Positions 44,217 to 58,584 are shown, counted from the stretch's first letter. The stretch: 64,000 bases of DNA from Escherichia coli (GCF_011045215.1 NZ_CP049201.1), one strand, 5' to 3'. Translations and numbers: made by a program. The notes: generated by a model not told the origin, from the letters alone.

Positions 44217-45914
44217 TCACGGTTGGCGATCGCGCAAATGTGCGCTGAAGGTTTCAGCATCCATAAAGCCCGTGACGCGTGCTTGTGGATGCTCCTGGCC
44301 TTGTCCGTCAAAAAAGAGAATTGTCGGTAGGCCAAGGACATTAAGATGCTTTAACAGCGCCACATCTTGTGCGTCGTTGGCCGTGACGTTGGCCTGAAGT
44401 AAGACCGTGTCTGCTAACGCTTTTTGCACCTGCGGGTCGCTGAAGGTGTATTTCTCAAACTCTTTACAGGCGACGCACCAGTCGGCATAAAGATCTAACA
44501 TCACCGGTTTGCCTTTGGCTTCAACGAGCGCCTGATTTAACTCATCTACCGTTTTGATTTGTGTAAAGTTGAGATGCGTCTGAGTTTGCGCGGTATGCGT
44601 CGCACCAAATGCCCAATCCTGAAGTGGGCGCACGCTAACCAATGCCGCTGCCAGCAGGATTATTTGCATCACGCGCATCCAGCCGCGTTTGGCCTGTAGG
44701 CTGGTGATAAAGGCCCAGCCAAAGAATGCGACACCCAGCGCCGACCACAAGCGTAATCCCCATATATCACCAATCACTCGCTCCAGCAGGAAGACCGGCA
44801 GTGCGAGGATCACAAAACCAAACGCGGTTTTGACTTGTTCCATCCACGGGCCGCTTTTCGGCAGCAAGCGGTTACCAAAGACGGTAATTAGCATCAGCGG
44901 CAGGCCCATGCCCAACGCATAGAGATAAAGCGTGCCGCCGCCCAGCCACATGTTCCCGCTTTGGGCGATATACAGCAGAATCGCGCTAAGCGGTGCGGTG
45001 GTGCATGGTGAACAGATCAGTCCGGCAATCGCCCCCATAATAAACACTCCGCCGGGTGAGCCGCCCTGTTGGCGATTGCTCATCAGCGTGAGGCGCGTTT
45101 GCAGCGAGGAGGGGAGTTGTAGAGTAAACAAGCCAAACATTGACATCGCCAGCAAGGTAAAGACGATGGCGAGGCCAATGAGCACGTATGGGTGCTGTAG
45201 CGCCGCCTGGAACTGTAACCCTGCGGCGGCAACTACCAGACCCAGCGCCGTGTAAGTCAGTGCCATCCCCTGCACATAAATAAAGGTCAGCAACAATGCT
45301 CTGGCTGTGGAAAGCCGCTGTTTACCGCCCAGCACGATGCCAGAAATCAGTGGGTACATTGGCAGCACGCATGGCGTAAAGGCGATACCAATACCGATCA
45401 ACAACGCCCAGAGCGCGGAAAAGGGCAATTGCGCGGTGGGCTGCTCTTGCTGCGGAACAGACACAGGCTGTGGCGCTGTGTTGTTGGCGACCACTTCGCT
45501 TAACGGAACGGTTTTGGTTTCTGGCGGATAACAGAAACCGGCATCAGCACAGCCCTGGTAGGTGACAGTTAACGTCGCTCCCGCACTCGCCTGGTTGATG
45601 GTTACGGGAAGCGTCAGCCGATCGCGGTAAATCTCGCTTTTGCCGTAAAACTCATCTTCATGCCAGACGCCTTGCGGAAGCTGCACGTCGGCAATTTTCG
45701 CGTGTTCCGGCGTAATGCGGATCTGTTTACGGTAGAGGTAGTAACCGTCTTTGATCTGCCAGGTCAGATTAAGGTCATGTTGGTTTTGCTGAAAATCAAA
45801 AGTAAAGGCTTGATCCGCGGGGACAAATTGTGAACGTCCCGGCGCGTCGAATAATCCGGCAAAAACGGAAGTGCTGCAAAGTAGCAGGATCAGCGTAAAG
45901 ATGCGTTGAGCCAT
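44217..45914 (-). CDS. dsbD: Thiol:disulfide interchange protein DsbD (DipZ)
   Basis: Protein from [19 protein letters not shown] matches recalled DsbD (periplasmic domain, TM core, C-terminal thioredoxin WCVAC); start trimmed from the ORF track. Confidence 0.9.
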
Positions 45915-46228
45915 GAGAGGTAATCTGTGTCTCCGTGTGTAACAGGTAAAACCAGAAGTTCCGGGGTTTGATATGGATGATGAGACTTCAGGCATTCCAG
46001 CAGTGCCTGCTGGTGAGATACGGTAGTTTTTAAAATCATCTGCACTTCGTATTCTTGCTCCAGCTTACCTTCCCAGTAATAGAGAGAGGTAGCGCCGGGG
46101 ATCAAGGTCGCGCAGGCCGCCAGTTTTTCCGCCAGCACTTTGGCGGCTAAATCCTGGGCTGTCGCTTCATCCGGTGCGGTACATAGCACCACGACAGACG
46201 CGGTATTCGAACTTTTTTCATCAAGCAT
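45890..46228 (-). CDS. cutA: Divalent-cation tolerance protein CutA
   Basis: Sequence [35 protein letters not shown] matches recalled CutA; overlaps the dsbD start as in K-12. Confidence 0.85.
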
Positions 46229-46343
46229 AAACACCTCGCAAGAACAGATGGAACCGCAAGAGAGAGGTCACTATACAACGGACGGGGAAAGGATGTTAGT
46301 CGGCGGGAAAGAAAGCGGGGCGTGAACGCCCCGCGATTGGTCA

Positions 46344-47645
46344 TTACAGCATGAAGCTACCCAGCACGAAGCCGAAGCAAACGGCCAGGGCAACACCCAG
46401 AGTACCCGGGATGAAGAACGGATGGTTGAAGACGAATTTACCGATACGGGTAGTACCCGTGTCATCCATCTGTACCGCAGCAACCAGCGTCGGGTAGGTC
46501 GGCAGAATGAACAGACCAGACACCGCAGCGAAAGAAGCAACAGCGGTCAGCGGAGAAACGTTCAGTGCCAGAGCCATCGGCATCAGTGCTTTTGCGGTTG
46601 CAGCCTGAGAGTACAGCAGAGCAGAAGCAAAGAAGAAGATGACGGCCAGCAGCCACGGATGACCCTGAATCACTTCACCAGCGGTATCTTTGATCCAGTC
46701 GATGTTGTTGGAAACGAAAGTATCGCCCAGCCACGCAACACCCAGGATACAAATACAGGCGCTCATACCTGCTTTGAAGGTGCTGGAGTTGAGGATGTTG
46801 TCGGTATCGACTTTACAGATAACGGTGGTCAGAGTTGCAACGCTGAGCATGATGATCAGGATTGCGTTGGTGGTGTTCATCAGCGGTTTTTCAACCAGAC
46901 CCATGCTTGGGCTGTTGATGATTGCATAGATAACCACGCCAACTACGCCCAGCAGGAACAGCCAGACGGACGTTTTTGCACCGGATTTGATTTCAATCTG
47001 CTTTTCACCGCGCAGTTCAACCAGGCCCTCTTCCAGACGCTTGCGATAAATCGGATCGTCAGAGAGTTTGGAGTTGAACAGCATAGTGACCAGGAAGGAC
47101 ATCACCAGAACCGCCAGCAGGGTGGACGGGATGACCACGGAGAGCAGATGGAGGTAGCTGATGCCATGACCTTCCATCACGGAAGACATGTAAACCACTG
47201 CCGCTGAGATTGGCGATGCGGTGATCGCAATCTGCGCGGATACCACTGCAGTAGACAGCGGACGGCAAGGTTTAACGCCTTGTTCCTTCGCAACTTCAGC
47301 GATAACTGGCAGTGTCGCCAGAGAGATGTTGCCAGTACCAGCAAAGATAGTCAGGAAATAGGTCACGATCGGTGCGAGGATCGTGATGTATTTCGGGTTA
47401 CGGCGCAGCAGCTTTTCTGTCTGATGAACCAGATAGTCCAGACCGCCAGCAACCTGCATGGCAGAAATAGCGGCGATAACCGCCATGATAATGGAAATGA
47501 CATCGAACGGGATGTTACCGGGTTTAACGCCAATAGCGGCAAGAACCAGCACCCCCAATCCGCCTGCAAAACCAATACCTATTCCCCCCAATCTGGCGCC
47601 CAAGAAGATCGCCAGCAAAACTATGATGAGTTCTACAACTAGCAT
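46344..47645 (-). CDS. dcuA: Anaerobic C4-dicarboxylate transporter DcuA
   Basis: 433-aa polytopic membrane protein upstream of aspA in the conserved order; matches recalled DcuA. Confidence 0.9.
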   Translation of the reverse strand: MLVVELIIVLLAIFLGARLGGIGIGFAGGLGVLVLAAIGVKPGNIPFDVISIIMAVIAAISAMQVAGGLDYLVHQTEKLLRRNPKYITILAPIVTYFLTIFAGTGNISLATLPVIAEVAKEQGVKPCRPLSTAVVSAQIAITASPISAAVVYMSSVMEGHGISYLHLLSVVIPSTLLAVLVMSFLVTMLFNSKLSDDPIYRKRLEEGLVELRGEKQIEIKSGAKTSVWLFLLGVVGVVIYAIINSPSMGLVEKPLMNTTNAILIIMLSVATLTTVICKVDTDNILNSSTFKAGMSACICILGVAWLGDTFVSNNIDWIKDTAGEVIQGHPWLLAVIFFFASALLYSQAATAKALMPMALALNVSPLTAVASFAAVSGLFILPTYPTLVAAVQMDDTGTTRIGKFVFNHPFFIPGTLGVALAVCFGFVLGSFML

Positions 47646-47762
47646 ATTAGCCTTCCTTGTTTTTTAACAAGTTGATATTAGATTGTTATTTTTAAGTTAC
47701 TGCTCACAAGAAAAAAGGCACGTCATCTGACGTGCCTTTTTTATTTGTACTACCCTGTACGA

Positions 47763-49199
47763 TTACTGTTCGCTTTCATCAGTATAGCGTTTTGCTTTGT
47801 AAGCCGGGTGCATCAGATTCTGTACGGAGAAAATATCGTCAAGTTCCGCTTCAGTCAACAGACCGCGTTCCAGAACGACTTCACGTACACTCTTACCGGT
47901 TTCGGCACAGATTTTACCCACGATGTCACCGTTGTGGTGACCGATGAACGGGTTCAGGTAAGTAACGATACCGATAGAGTTGTAAACGTAACCTTCGCAC
48001 ACTTCTTTGTTAGCAGTGATGCCGTTAATGCATTTTTCCAGCAGGTTGTAGCAAGCGTTGGTCAGAATGTGAACGGATTCGAACATAGCCTGGCCAATGA
48101 CCGGCTCCATAACGTTCAACTGCAGCTGACCTGCTTCTGCTGCCATGGTAACAGTGGTGTCGTTACCGATGACTTTGAAGCATACCTGGTTAACCACTTC
48201 CGGAACAACCGGGTTTACTTTAGCTGGCATGATGGAAGAGCCCGCCTGCAGTTCCGGCAGGTTGATCTCGTTCAGGCCGGCACGTGGACCAGAAGAGAGC
48301 AAGCGCAGGTCGTTACAGATTTTGGACATCTTCACAGCCAGGCGTTTCAGCGCGCCGTGAACCATAACATAAGCGCCGCAGTCTGAGGTCGCTTCGATCA
48401 GGTCTTCAGCCGGTACGCATGGGAAGCCAGTGACTTCAGCCAGTTTTTTCACTGCCAGCGGAGAGTACTCTTTCGGCGTGTTCAGACCAGTACCGATTGC
48501 TGTTGCACCAAGGTTAACTTCCAGCAGCAGTTCAGCGGTACGTTGGATATTTTTCACTTCTTCTTTCAGCAGGATGCTGAAAGCGCGGAATTCCTGACCG
48601 AGGGTCATCGGTACTGCGTCCTGCAGCTGGGTACGACCCATTTTCAGGATGTCCTGGAATTCGACAGCTTTACGTTCAAAGCCTTCACGCAGTTGGTTAA
48701 TCGCATCTACCAGCTTAATCAGGGAAGAGTAAACTGCGATACGGAAACCGGTCGGGTAGGCGTCGTTAGTGGACTGACATTTGTTAACATGGTCGTTCGG
48801 GTTCAGGTACTGATATTCACCTTTCTGGTGACCCATCAGTTCCAGACCGATATTGGCCAGCACTTCGTTGGTGTTCATGTTTACGGAAGTACCTGCGCCG
48901 CCCTGGTAGACGTCTACCGGGAACTGATCCATGCATTTTCCGTTGTTCAGGACTTCATCACATGCGGCAATGATGGCATTCGCTACACTTTTAGGAATGG
49001 TTTGCAGCTCTTTGTTTGCCATAGCTGCGGCTTTTTTAACCATTACCATACCGCGAACAAATTCAGGAATATCACTGATTTTGTTGTTGCTGATATAGAA
49101 GTTTTCAATCGCTCTCAGAGTGTGAACACCATAGTAGGCATCAGCTGGAACTTCCCTGGTACCCAACAGATCTTCTTCGATACGAATGTTGTTTGACAT
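47763..49199 (-). CDS. aspA: Aspartate ammonia-lyase
   Basis: Sequence from [24 protein letters not shown] with the [10 protein letters not shown] lyase signature; start trimmed to match AspA. Confidence 0.9.
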
Positions 49200-49535
49200 G
49201 TGAACCTTCTTTTTCAAGCTGCCAATGATTTGCTTTAAACACACAGAATATATGTGGTTTCGAATGTTTTTCGACCGACGATTATCCCCTGCATCGACCG
49301 AATACCCGAGATCATATGCTGCTTGAGGATTTCTACCGTAATCTGGATCACTTTAAGTGTCGGTTTTTACCCCTTAATTATTAATTTGTGAAATAGATCA
49401 CCGCTTTGGGATTACTACCAAAAATAGTTGCGCAAATATCTTGAAATTTTGCTAATGACCACAATATAAGCTGAACGCGATTCGCAACCCATTCAGGTAG
49501 CCGGGTTTAACCGGCTGCTATTACAGGAGAAACCT

Positions 49536-50012
49536 TTGCGCTGGTTACCTTTTATTGCCATTTTCCTTTATGTCTATATTGAGATTTCAATCTTTATTCA
49601 GGTTGCCCATGTATTGGGGGTATTGCTGACTCTCGTGCTGGTTATATTTACGTCAGTTATCGGTATGTCACTGGTACGTAACCAGGGCTTTAAGAATTTC
49701 GTGCTGATGCAGCAAAAAATGGCGGCGGGTGAAAACCCAGCGGCGGAGATGATTAAAAGTGTTTCGCTGATCATTGCCGGTTTGCTGCTTTTATTACCGG
49801 GCTTTTTCACCGACTTCCTCGGTCTTCTGCTTTTATTGCCGCCGGTGCAAAAGCATCTGACAGTGAAGTTGATGCCGCATTTGCGCTTTTCTCGTATGCC
49901 AGGCGGCGGTTTTAGCGCCGGGACCGGTGGCGGTAATACTTTTGATGGTGAGTACCAGCGAAAGGATGATGACCGCGACCGCCTTGATCATAAAGACGAT
50001 CGCCAGGATTAA
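49536..50012 (+). CDS. fxsA: Inner membrane protein FxsA
   Basis: 158-aa protein MRWLPFIAIFLYVYIEISIF matches recalled FxsA. Confidence 0.85.
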   Translation: MRWLPFIAIFLYVYIEISIFIQVAHVLGVLLTLVLVIFTSVIGMSLVRNQGFKNFVLMQQKMAAGENPAAEMIKSVSLIIAGLLLLLPGFFTDFLGLLLLLPPVQKHLTVKLMPHLRFSRMPGGGFSAGTGGGNTFDGEYQRKDDDRDRLDHKDDRQD

Positions 50013-50027
50013 TGTCGAAACGCCGGA

Positions 50028-51284
50028 TTATGTGGTTATGCCATTTTCCGGCGTTTTTCGTTTTGGCAGAAACAGCCATAACCCCGCCAGCATGATCAGC
50101 GCATAGAGACTTTTCCAGCCGACCATTGCCAGTAACAGAACGCATAACAGCCCGCCAACCACCGCCAGTAGTCGATAACGACCTTGCAATAATTTACAGC
50201 CTGCCAGCATGCATAACAGATAAATCATAATAAAGATGCCATTGGCATAAATAATAAGAGCGTCCAGATTGATCTCTAAAGCATGAATCACCAACGTGCT
50301 CACCACGCAGCAGCCGAGCACCGCATTGAGGGCATTATTCGGGATATGGCGAGAAGAGAGGCGTGCCAGGTAGTGGTCAGGATTATGTTGCGCCTGCGAC
50401 CAGACCAGGCGGGCGAAGCTCTGTATATAAATGTTGAGACTGGCAAAGCAGGCCAGATAGCCAATCACGCAGGCAATCCATAACGCTCCTACACCGAACA
50501 ACTGCACTACAATTTTTGGAAGCGATGCTGCCGCCGCCATTTGTTCACCATAGGCGTCGAAGTGTAAGACGACTACCGTACAGCCCCAGTAGACTAATCC
50601 TGCCAGCAGCAGACCAATCATCAAAGCACGAGGAAAATCACGTTCTGGATTTTTAAATTCCGAGGCAAGATGGGCAAATGCTTCCAGACCGACAAAACAC
50701 CAGAACATCACTGATAACGCAGCAAATAACCCGGTAAGTTCAATATTTCCTGGCGCGGGGAAGGGGATACTCGCAGGTTTGATATCGCCCGCCCACCAGA
50801 TAGCGACAATCAGTGCGACGATAAGTCCGGCAATAACGGTTTGTAGATTTGCACTGGAACTGGCACCGCGAGTACCGATATACCACACCAACGCCAGCGT
50901 ACCGAGTTCTGCCAACAACAGTTGCCAGCTATGCCAGCCAAACATCGCCTGGCCGAACCCGGCAGCAATTTGTAGTGCGGCGGGTAAACCCACAGGAATG
51001 ACTGATAAAAACAGCCAGCCGGTGACTCGCTCAAGCCGCGAACCAAACGCCATACCTACGAAGTGCGCGACGCCGCCTGCGCTGGGATAGTGGCGACCCA
51101 GAATCGCAAACACAATCGCAATCGGGAACACTAAGATAATCAAAACGGGCCACGCCCACAGGCTGTTATTGCCCGCTACCAGCGCAGCTAACGCAGGAAC
51201 GGCAAACACGCCAGTGCCTAATAATGACGTCGATAGCAGGCCAATGCCCTGGGCCAGCCCCAGTTCTTGTTTGAGTCCACTCAT
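50028..51284 (-). CDS. yjeH: Amino-acid exporter YjeH (APC family)
   Basis: Polytopic transporter; start set at MSGLKQELGLAQGIG to match recalled YjeH. Confidence 0.85.
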   Translation of the reverse strand: MSGLKQELGLAQGIGLLSTSLLGTGVFAVPALAALVAGNNSLWAWPVLIILVFPIAIVFAILGRHYPSAGGVAHFVGMAFGSRLERVTGWLFLSVIPVGLPAALQIAAGFGQAMFGWHSWQLLLAELGTLALVWYIGTRGASSSANLQTVIAGLIVALIVAIWWAGDIKPASIPFPAPGNIELTGLFAALSVMFWCFVGLEAFAHLASEFKNPERDFPRALMIGLLLAGLVYWGCTVVVLHFDAYGEQMAAAASLPKIVVQLFGVGALWIACVIGYLACFASLNIYIQSFARLVWSQAQHNPDHYLARLSSRHIPNNALNAVLGCCVVSTLVIHALEINLDALIIYANGIFIMIYLLCMLAGCKLLQGRYRLLAVVGGLLCVLLLAMVGWKSLYALIMLAGLWLFLPKRKTPENGITT

Positions 51285-51444
51285 GGGTTGATGTCCGATT
51301 GCGCCCAAATTTTGGGCAACTGCGTAGATTTTCGATGGTAGCACAATCAGATTCGCTTATGACGGCGATGAAGAAATTGCGATGAAATGTGAGGTGAATC
51401 AGGGTTTTCACCCGATTTTGTGCTGATCAGAATTTTTTTTCTTT

Positions 51445-51485
51445 TTCCCCCTTGAAGGGGCGAAGCCTCATCCCCATTTCTCTGG
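51445..51485 (+). promoter_or_regulatory. Sigma-32 heat-shock promoter of groESL (-35 CCCCCTTGAA, -10 CCCCATTTC)
   Basis: Seen directly about 80 bp upstream of groES; matches the sigma-32 consensus and the known groE promoter. Confidence 0.7.
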
Positions 51486-51508
51486 TCACCAGCCGGGAAA
51501 CCACGTAA

Positions 51509-51853
<345 letters not shown>

Positions 51854-51884
51854 TCCTCGCACGACACTGAACATACGAATTTAA

Positions 51885-53543
<1,659 letters not shown>

Positions 53544-53570
53544 TTGCCCTGCACCTCGCAGAAATAAACA

Positions 53571-53605
53571 AACCCCCGGGCAGAAATGTCTGGGGGTTTT
53601 TCTTT
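53571..53605 (+). terminator. groESL terminator hairpin (CCCCCGGGCAG ... CTGGGGG followed by T-run)
   Basis: Seen directly 28 bp after the groEL stop. Confidence 0.5.
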
Positions 53606-53680
53606 TGGTCATCTTTCTAGTATAAGATTCAGACACGGACGACGCGAGTGGCGTCCAGCTCATTGATTATGGGGAATAAC

Positions 53681-54034
53681 ATGCACGTAAAATACTTAGC
53701 AGGGATTGTCGGTGCCGCGCTACTGATGGCGGGTTGTAGCTCCAGCAACGAATTGAGTGCTGCCGGTCAGAGTGTACGCATTGTGGACGAGCAGCCAGGC
53801 GCAGAGTGCCAGCTGATTGGTACTGCGACAGGTAAGCAAAGCAACTGGCTTTCCGGGCAACACGGAGAAGAGGGCGGTTCTATGCGCGGCGCAGCAAACG
53901 ATCTGCGCAACCAGGCGGCTGCAATGGGCGGTAACGTGATTTATGGCATCAGTAGCCCGTCGCAGGGAATGTTGTCCAGTTTTGTCCCGACGGATAGCCA
54001 GATTACCGGCCAGGTATATAAGTGCCCGAACTGA
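53681..54034 (+). CDS. yjeI: Lipoprotein YjeI
   Basis: MHVKYLAGIVGAALLMAGCSS lipobox N-terminus; matches recalled YjeI. Start trimmed from the ORF track. Confidence 0.75.
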   Translation: MHVKYLAGIVGAALLMAGCSSSNELSAAGQSVRIVDEQPGAECQLIGTATGKQSNWLSGQHGEEGGSMRGAANDLRNQAAAMGGNVIYGISSPSQGMLSSFVPTDSQITGQVYKCPN

Positions 54035-54061
54035 TGTGATGGTGACAAACGTATAATTGCC

Positions 54062-54160
<99 letters not shown>

Positions 54161-54226
54161 ACCAACGATCACGTTATCAGTCATTTCAGGCTGGATGGCT
54201 CCAGCCTCGCATTAGCAAAGATGAGA

Positions 54227-55096
54227 TTATTTCGCCTGTGGTGCAGTTTTGCTGGTGGATTGAACACGTAAGTGATGCAGCGCGCGTAAGCATTGATCCT
54301 GGGTTAGCGGTTGGGCGTTATTCGCCGCTACGGTGCGAACATAGACCTGACATGGCACACCCGCGAGTTTTTTCAGTCGTGGGCTGAAATCAAGCATTCG
54401 GCGAGTGATCGCCTCTATTTCTTTACCCGGCGTTGCTTCACGCGTTTTCACCACTGCGCCGCTAAATTGTTCTTTGCCACTTTCATCTTTAAAGCGGTAA
54501 AGCACCGCCAGATAATGGTCGAACAAGTTATGTTTCCATTCCGGTTGGGAATAGGTGTCATATTCCAGATTGCCATTTTGCTGGCAGTCAACGTCGTATA
54601 ACGGCAGGAAATCTAACAGTGAGGTAATACGTAATGCCAGTTCACGCATTTCCGCATTATTAATTGCATGAATGATTGCTCGCGCCAGCATTTCAATCTG
54701 CAATTCATTGACGACTAACTCACATTTGCTACCGTCATGTAGCGTTAATACGAAGGTAAGATTTTCGCCTTGATTATCGGTAAGTTCCAGCGTGTTAACC
54801 CGACGATTAATATCGGCATTTTTAAGCTCATCAACCAGAATTTCTGGGATGTTTTCTGCCATTTTCTTAATGACTTTATCGCGAGCTTGCTCATACTGAA
54901 GGCGTGCAGCAGCATCCAGTTTATGCTTTTGATGCAGACGACTTTCCAGCGCAATCAGCAGGTCGCGCAGTTCCATGACAGACATAAAGAACAACGATTC
55001 TTTATTGCGAGGTTCTTTAATTTTCAGCGCCAGTGCAATGAAATTATTACTCTTGCGAATAACACCGGTATTAACACCCTTGATGCTTATGGCCAT
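54227..55096 (-). CDS. yjeJ: Uncharacterised protein YjeJ
   Basis: 289-aa ORF matching recalled YjeJ, between yjeI and epmB. Confidence 0.8.
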   Translation of the reverse strand: MAISIKGVNTGVIRKSNNFIALALKIKEPRNKESLFFMSVMELRDLLIALESRLHQKHKLDAAARLQYEQARDKVIKKMAENIPEILVDELKNADINRRVNTLELTDNQGENLTFVLTLHDGSKCELVVNELQIEMLARAIIHAINNAEMRELALRITSLLDFLPLYDVDCQQNGNLEYDTYSQPEWKHNLFDHYLAVLYRFKDESGKEQFSGAVVKTREATPGKEIEAITRRMLDFSPRLKKLAGVPCQVYVRTVAANNAQPLTQDQCLRALHHLRVQSTSKTAPQAK

Positions 55097-55357
55097 GTAG
55101 GTTCTCCCTAACCATTTCTCAATTAAATAATTAATTTTAATTTATAAGCCAGGTAAATGGGCTTGGTAGTAATAGTTGTTAAAATAACATAAATAGCCGT
55201 ACTCACTCTATATAAACAGAAAAGAAAGGTTAATTATTGGTGTTAGTTATATAAAGAGTAACAACAGCAATGCATATGAATAATTAAAGGTTATGCAACG
55301 TGCAAAGATTAAATTTCCCAGTTTAATGACAGGTTGCTGTACTTGCGTTTTTTGCTC

Positions 55358-55470
<113 letters not shown>

Positions 55471-55490
55471 TGACTTCCCTGTTTAATCAG

Positions 55491-56519
55491 TTACTGCTGG
55501 CGTAGCTGGAGATCCAGCGGCGTTTTGCTGGGTTCGCCGCCAATTTCTCGCGCCAGTTTCGGCACCAGATATCCCGACACCAGTGTCAGCAACTCACGCA
55601 TAATCTGCCGTGCTTCGTCATCACTCACCATAAAATGCGCCGCGCCCTGTACTTTATCGAGCACATGCAGGTAATACGGCATCACGCCTGCATCGAACAA
55701 CGCATTACTCAGGTTTGCCAGCGTTTGTGCGTTATCGTTCACACCACGTAACAGAACGCTCTGGTTCAGCAAAGTAACGCCCGCCCGGCGCAACTTAGCC
55801 ATCGCCTGACGGAATGTTTCATCTATCTCATTGGCATGGTTGATGTGATTCACCAGCAAGATTTGCAGCGTAGAATGTGAAAAGCGTTCAACCAGCGCAT
55901 CTGTGATGCGTGCCGGGATCACAATCGGCAGACGGCTGTGAATCCGCAGACGTTTGATATGCGGGATGGCTTCCAGTTGTGTGAGCAACCAGTCCAGCTC
56001 GTGATCTTTCGCCATCAGCGGATCGCCGCCGGAGAAAATCATCTCGTCCAGTTCCGGATGCGCAGCAACATACTCAAGTGCAGTTTGCCAGTTACGCTTG
56101 TTGCCCTGATTTTCGGCATAGGGGAAGTGGCGACGGAAGCAATAGCGGCAATTTACCGCGCAGCCGCCTTTGACCAGCAAAAGCGCCCGGTTGTGGTATT
56201 TATGCAACAAACCAGGCACTACGCTGTGCTGTTCTTCCAGCGGGTCGGTGGAGAATCCGGGCGCGATGGCAAACTCATCTTGCGAGGTAAGTACCTGACG
56301 CAAAAGCGGATCGTCCGGATTGCCTTTCTCCATGCGATCGATAAATGAGCGGGGCACACGCAGGGCAAACAGCTTTCTGGCGCTGCGTCCGGCCAACAGT
56401 TTTTCGTCCGCGTCTATATTCAAAAGACGCAGAAGTTCATCAGGATCGGTCACAACATCGGCAAGTTGCGTTAACCAATCTTCTCTGGATGGGGTATTTA
56501 GGGTTACAATATGCGCCAT
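55491..56519 (-). CDS. epmB: EF-P beta-lysylation enzyme (lysine 2,3-aminomutase-like radical SAM protein)
   Basis: 342-aa protein with the radical-SAM CxxxCxxC motif (CAVNCRYCFRR); matches recalled EpmB/YjeK. Confidence 0.9.
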   Translation of the reverse strand: MAHIVTLNTPSREDWLTQLADVVTDPDELLRLLNIDADEKLLAGRSARKLFALRVPRSFIDRMEKGNPDDPLLRQVLTSQDEFAIAPGFSTDPLEEQHSVVPGLLHKYHNRALLLVKGGCAVNCRYCFRRHFPYAENQGNKRNWQTALEYVAAHPELDEMIFSGGDPLMAKDHELDWLLTQLEAIPHIKRLRIHSRLPIVIPARITDALVERFSHSTLQILLVNHINHANEIDETFRQAMAKLRRAGVTLLNQSVLLRGVNDNAQTLANLSNALFDAGVMPYYLHVLDKVQGAAHFMVSDDEARQIMRELLTLVSGYLVPKLAREIGGEPSKTPLDLQLRQQ

Positions 56520-56560
56520 TTTGTGGCTTAGCTACCAATTAACAAATTTCAGAGGGCCTT

Positions 56561-57127
56561 ATGGCAACGTACTATAGCAACGATTTTCGTGCTGGTCTTA
56601 AAATCATGTTAGACGGCGAACCTTACGCGGTTGAAGCGAGTGAATTCGTAAAACCGGGTAAAGGCCAGGCATTTGCTCGCGTTAAACTGCGTCGTCTGCT
56701 GACCGGTACTCGCGTAGAAAAAACCTTCAAATCTACTGATTCCGCTGAAGGCGCTGATGTTGTCGATATGAACCTGACTTACCTGTACAACGACGGTGAG
56801 TTCTGGCACTTCATGAACAACGAAACTTTCGAGCAGCTGTCTGCTGATGCAAAAGCAATTGGCGACAACGCGAAATGGCTGCTGGATCAGGCAGAGTGTA
56901 TCGTAACTCTGTGGAATGGTCAGCCGATCTCCGTTACTCCGCCGAACTTCGTTGAACTGGAAATCGTTGATACCGATCCGGGCCTGAAAGGTGATACCGC
57001 AGGTACTGGCGGCAAACCGGCTACCCTGTCTACTGGCGCTGTGGTTAAAGTTCCGCTGTTCGTACAAATCGGCGAAGTCATCAAAGTGGATACCCGCTCT
57101 GGTGAATACGTCTCTCGCGTGAAGTAA
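56561..57127 (+). CDS. efp: Elongation factor P
   Basis: 188-aa [22 protein letters not shown]; contains the KPGKGQAF loop bearing the modified Lys. Confidence 0.95.
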
Positions 57128-57178
57128 TGCGGTTATGGTGCGGCCTGCAGGCTGCACCATCACTTATTCAGGTCAGAG

Positions 57179-57304
57179 ATGATGAAACGCCTTATCGTTC
57201 TTGTTTTGCTTGCCAGCACGCTGCTCACGGGCTGTAACACCGCTCGCGGTTTCGGCGAAGATATCAAACATCTCGGCAACTCCATCTCCCGCGCTGCCAG
57301 CTAA
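57179..57304 (+). CDS. ecnA: Entericidin A lipoprotein (41 aa)
   Basis: [41 protein letters not shown] read directly from the sequence (below the ORF-track size cutoff). Confidence 0.7.
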   Translation: MMKRLIVLVLLASTLLTGCNTARGFGEDIKHLGNSISRAAS

Positions 57305-57414
57305 TTTTTCTTCTCTTCCGAAAAATCATCAGATTTCCATCATTTTTGGCGATGTTGTCTATTATTAATTTGCTATAGGCAAACATAAATAACATTACCT
57401 AAAAGGAAGACGTT

Positions 57415-57561
57415 ATGGTGAAGAAGACAATTGCAGCGATCTTTTCTGTTCTGGTGCTTTCAACAGTATTAACTGCCTGCAACACCACGCGTGGCGTTGG
57501 TGAAGACATTTCTGATGGCGGTAACGCGATTTCTGGTGCAGCAACGAAAGCGCAGCAATAA
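57415..57561 (+). CDS. ecnB: Entericidin B lipoprotein (48 aa)
   Basis: [48 protein letters not shown] read directly from the sequence. Confidence 0.75.
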
Positions 57562-57736
57562 GCAATAACGGTACGACAGCTGTGTCGTGCCGTTTGTTTT
57601 TTCTGCGATAGTCACAAAGGTAATAGTTGAAATTCCCCTGCCACCTGGCAAAATATCCGTTCAACCATCAGCTTTGCAGGACGACCTGCAAACGCGTCTT
57701 TTCACCGGGGACGGCCCCAATTCTCCGGAGCCTGAT

Positions 57737-58054
57737 ATGTCCTGGATTATCTTAGTTATTGCTGGTCTGCTGGAAGTGGTATGGGCCGTTGGCCTGAAAT
57801 ATACCCACGGCTTTAGTCGTTTGACGCCGAGTGTTATTACCGTGACGGCGATGATTGTCAGTATGGCGCTACTTGCCTGGGCGATGAAATCGTTACCAGT
57901 AGGGACGGCTTATGCCGTGTGGACGGGTATTGGCGCAGTCGGCGCGGCCATCACCGGCATTGTGCTGCTCGGTGAGTCCGCTAACCCGATGCGTCTGGCG
58001 AGTCTGGCGTTAATCGTATTGGGGATTATTGGTCTGAAACTCAGCACTCACTAA
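57737..58054 (+). CDS. gdx: Guanidinium exporter Gdx (SugE), SMR family
   Basis: 105-aa [22 protein letters not shown] matches recalled SugE; start trimmed from the longer ORF. Confidence 0.8.
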   Translation: MSWIILVIAGLLEVVWAVGLKYTHGFSRLTPSVITVTAMIVSMALLAWAMKSLPVGTAYAVWTGIGAVGAAITGIVLLGESANPMRLASLALIVLGIIGLKLSTH

Positions 58055-58584
58055 CTACCGGGCTGCTGTACCCAAATAAACTTACTGACATCAAACCCTT
58101 CCCGGGTCGCGACTGCCAGCATCTCCTGTTTCACTTCGTCAGAAATGGTTGGCGTGCGGGAGAGTATCCACAGGTAGTCGCGGTCCGGGCCGCAAACCAG
58201 CGCATGGCGGTATTCCCGATCGAGTGCAATAACGTTATAACCGCCATAGAAAGGACCAAAGAATGACACTTTCAGCGCAGCGCGAGTTGGTGCGCCGGTA
58301 AAGTACGCTTTCCCTTCACTCTGCTGCCACATTTCTCTGTCAGGGTTATAGCCTTTATTAATGACATTCAGGCCGCCATCATCCCTCAGGCTGTATGTTG
58401 CGGTGACTTTTTCCAGTCCACGTTCAAAGCGGTGATCAAAACGGGCAATCTCATACCAGGTACCGAGATAGCGTTTAGCGTCGAAATTATTCACTACGGT
58501 CACGCCACGCGGCGGCGTAGGAGAACTGCAGGCAACGACCAGAAATGCAGCTGTCGCTGCGGCAACGAGAGGGAGCAGGCGCAT
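58051..58584 (-). CDS. blc: Outer-membrane lipocalin Blc
   Basis: 177-aa lipoprotein (signal ends VVACSS) with lipocalin motif [10 protein letters not shown]; convergent with gdx. Confidence 0.85.
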   Translation of the reverse strand: MRLLPLVAAATAAFLVVACSSPTPPRGVTVVNNFDAKRYLGTWYEIARFDHRFERGLEKVTATYSLRDDGGLNVINKGYNPDREMWQQSEGKAYFTGAPTRAALKVSFFGPFYGGYNVIALDREYRHALVCGPDRDYLWILSRTPTISDEVKQEMLAVATREGFDVSKFIWVQQPGS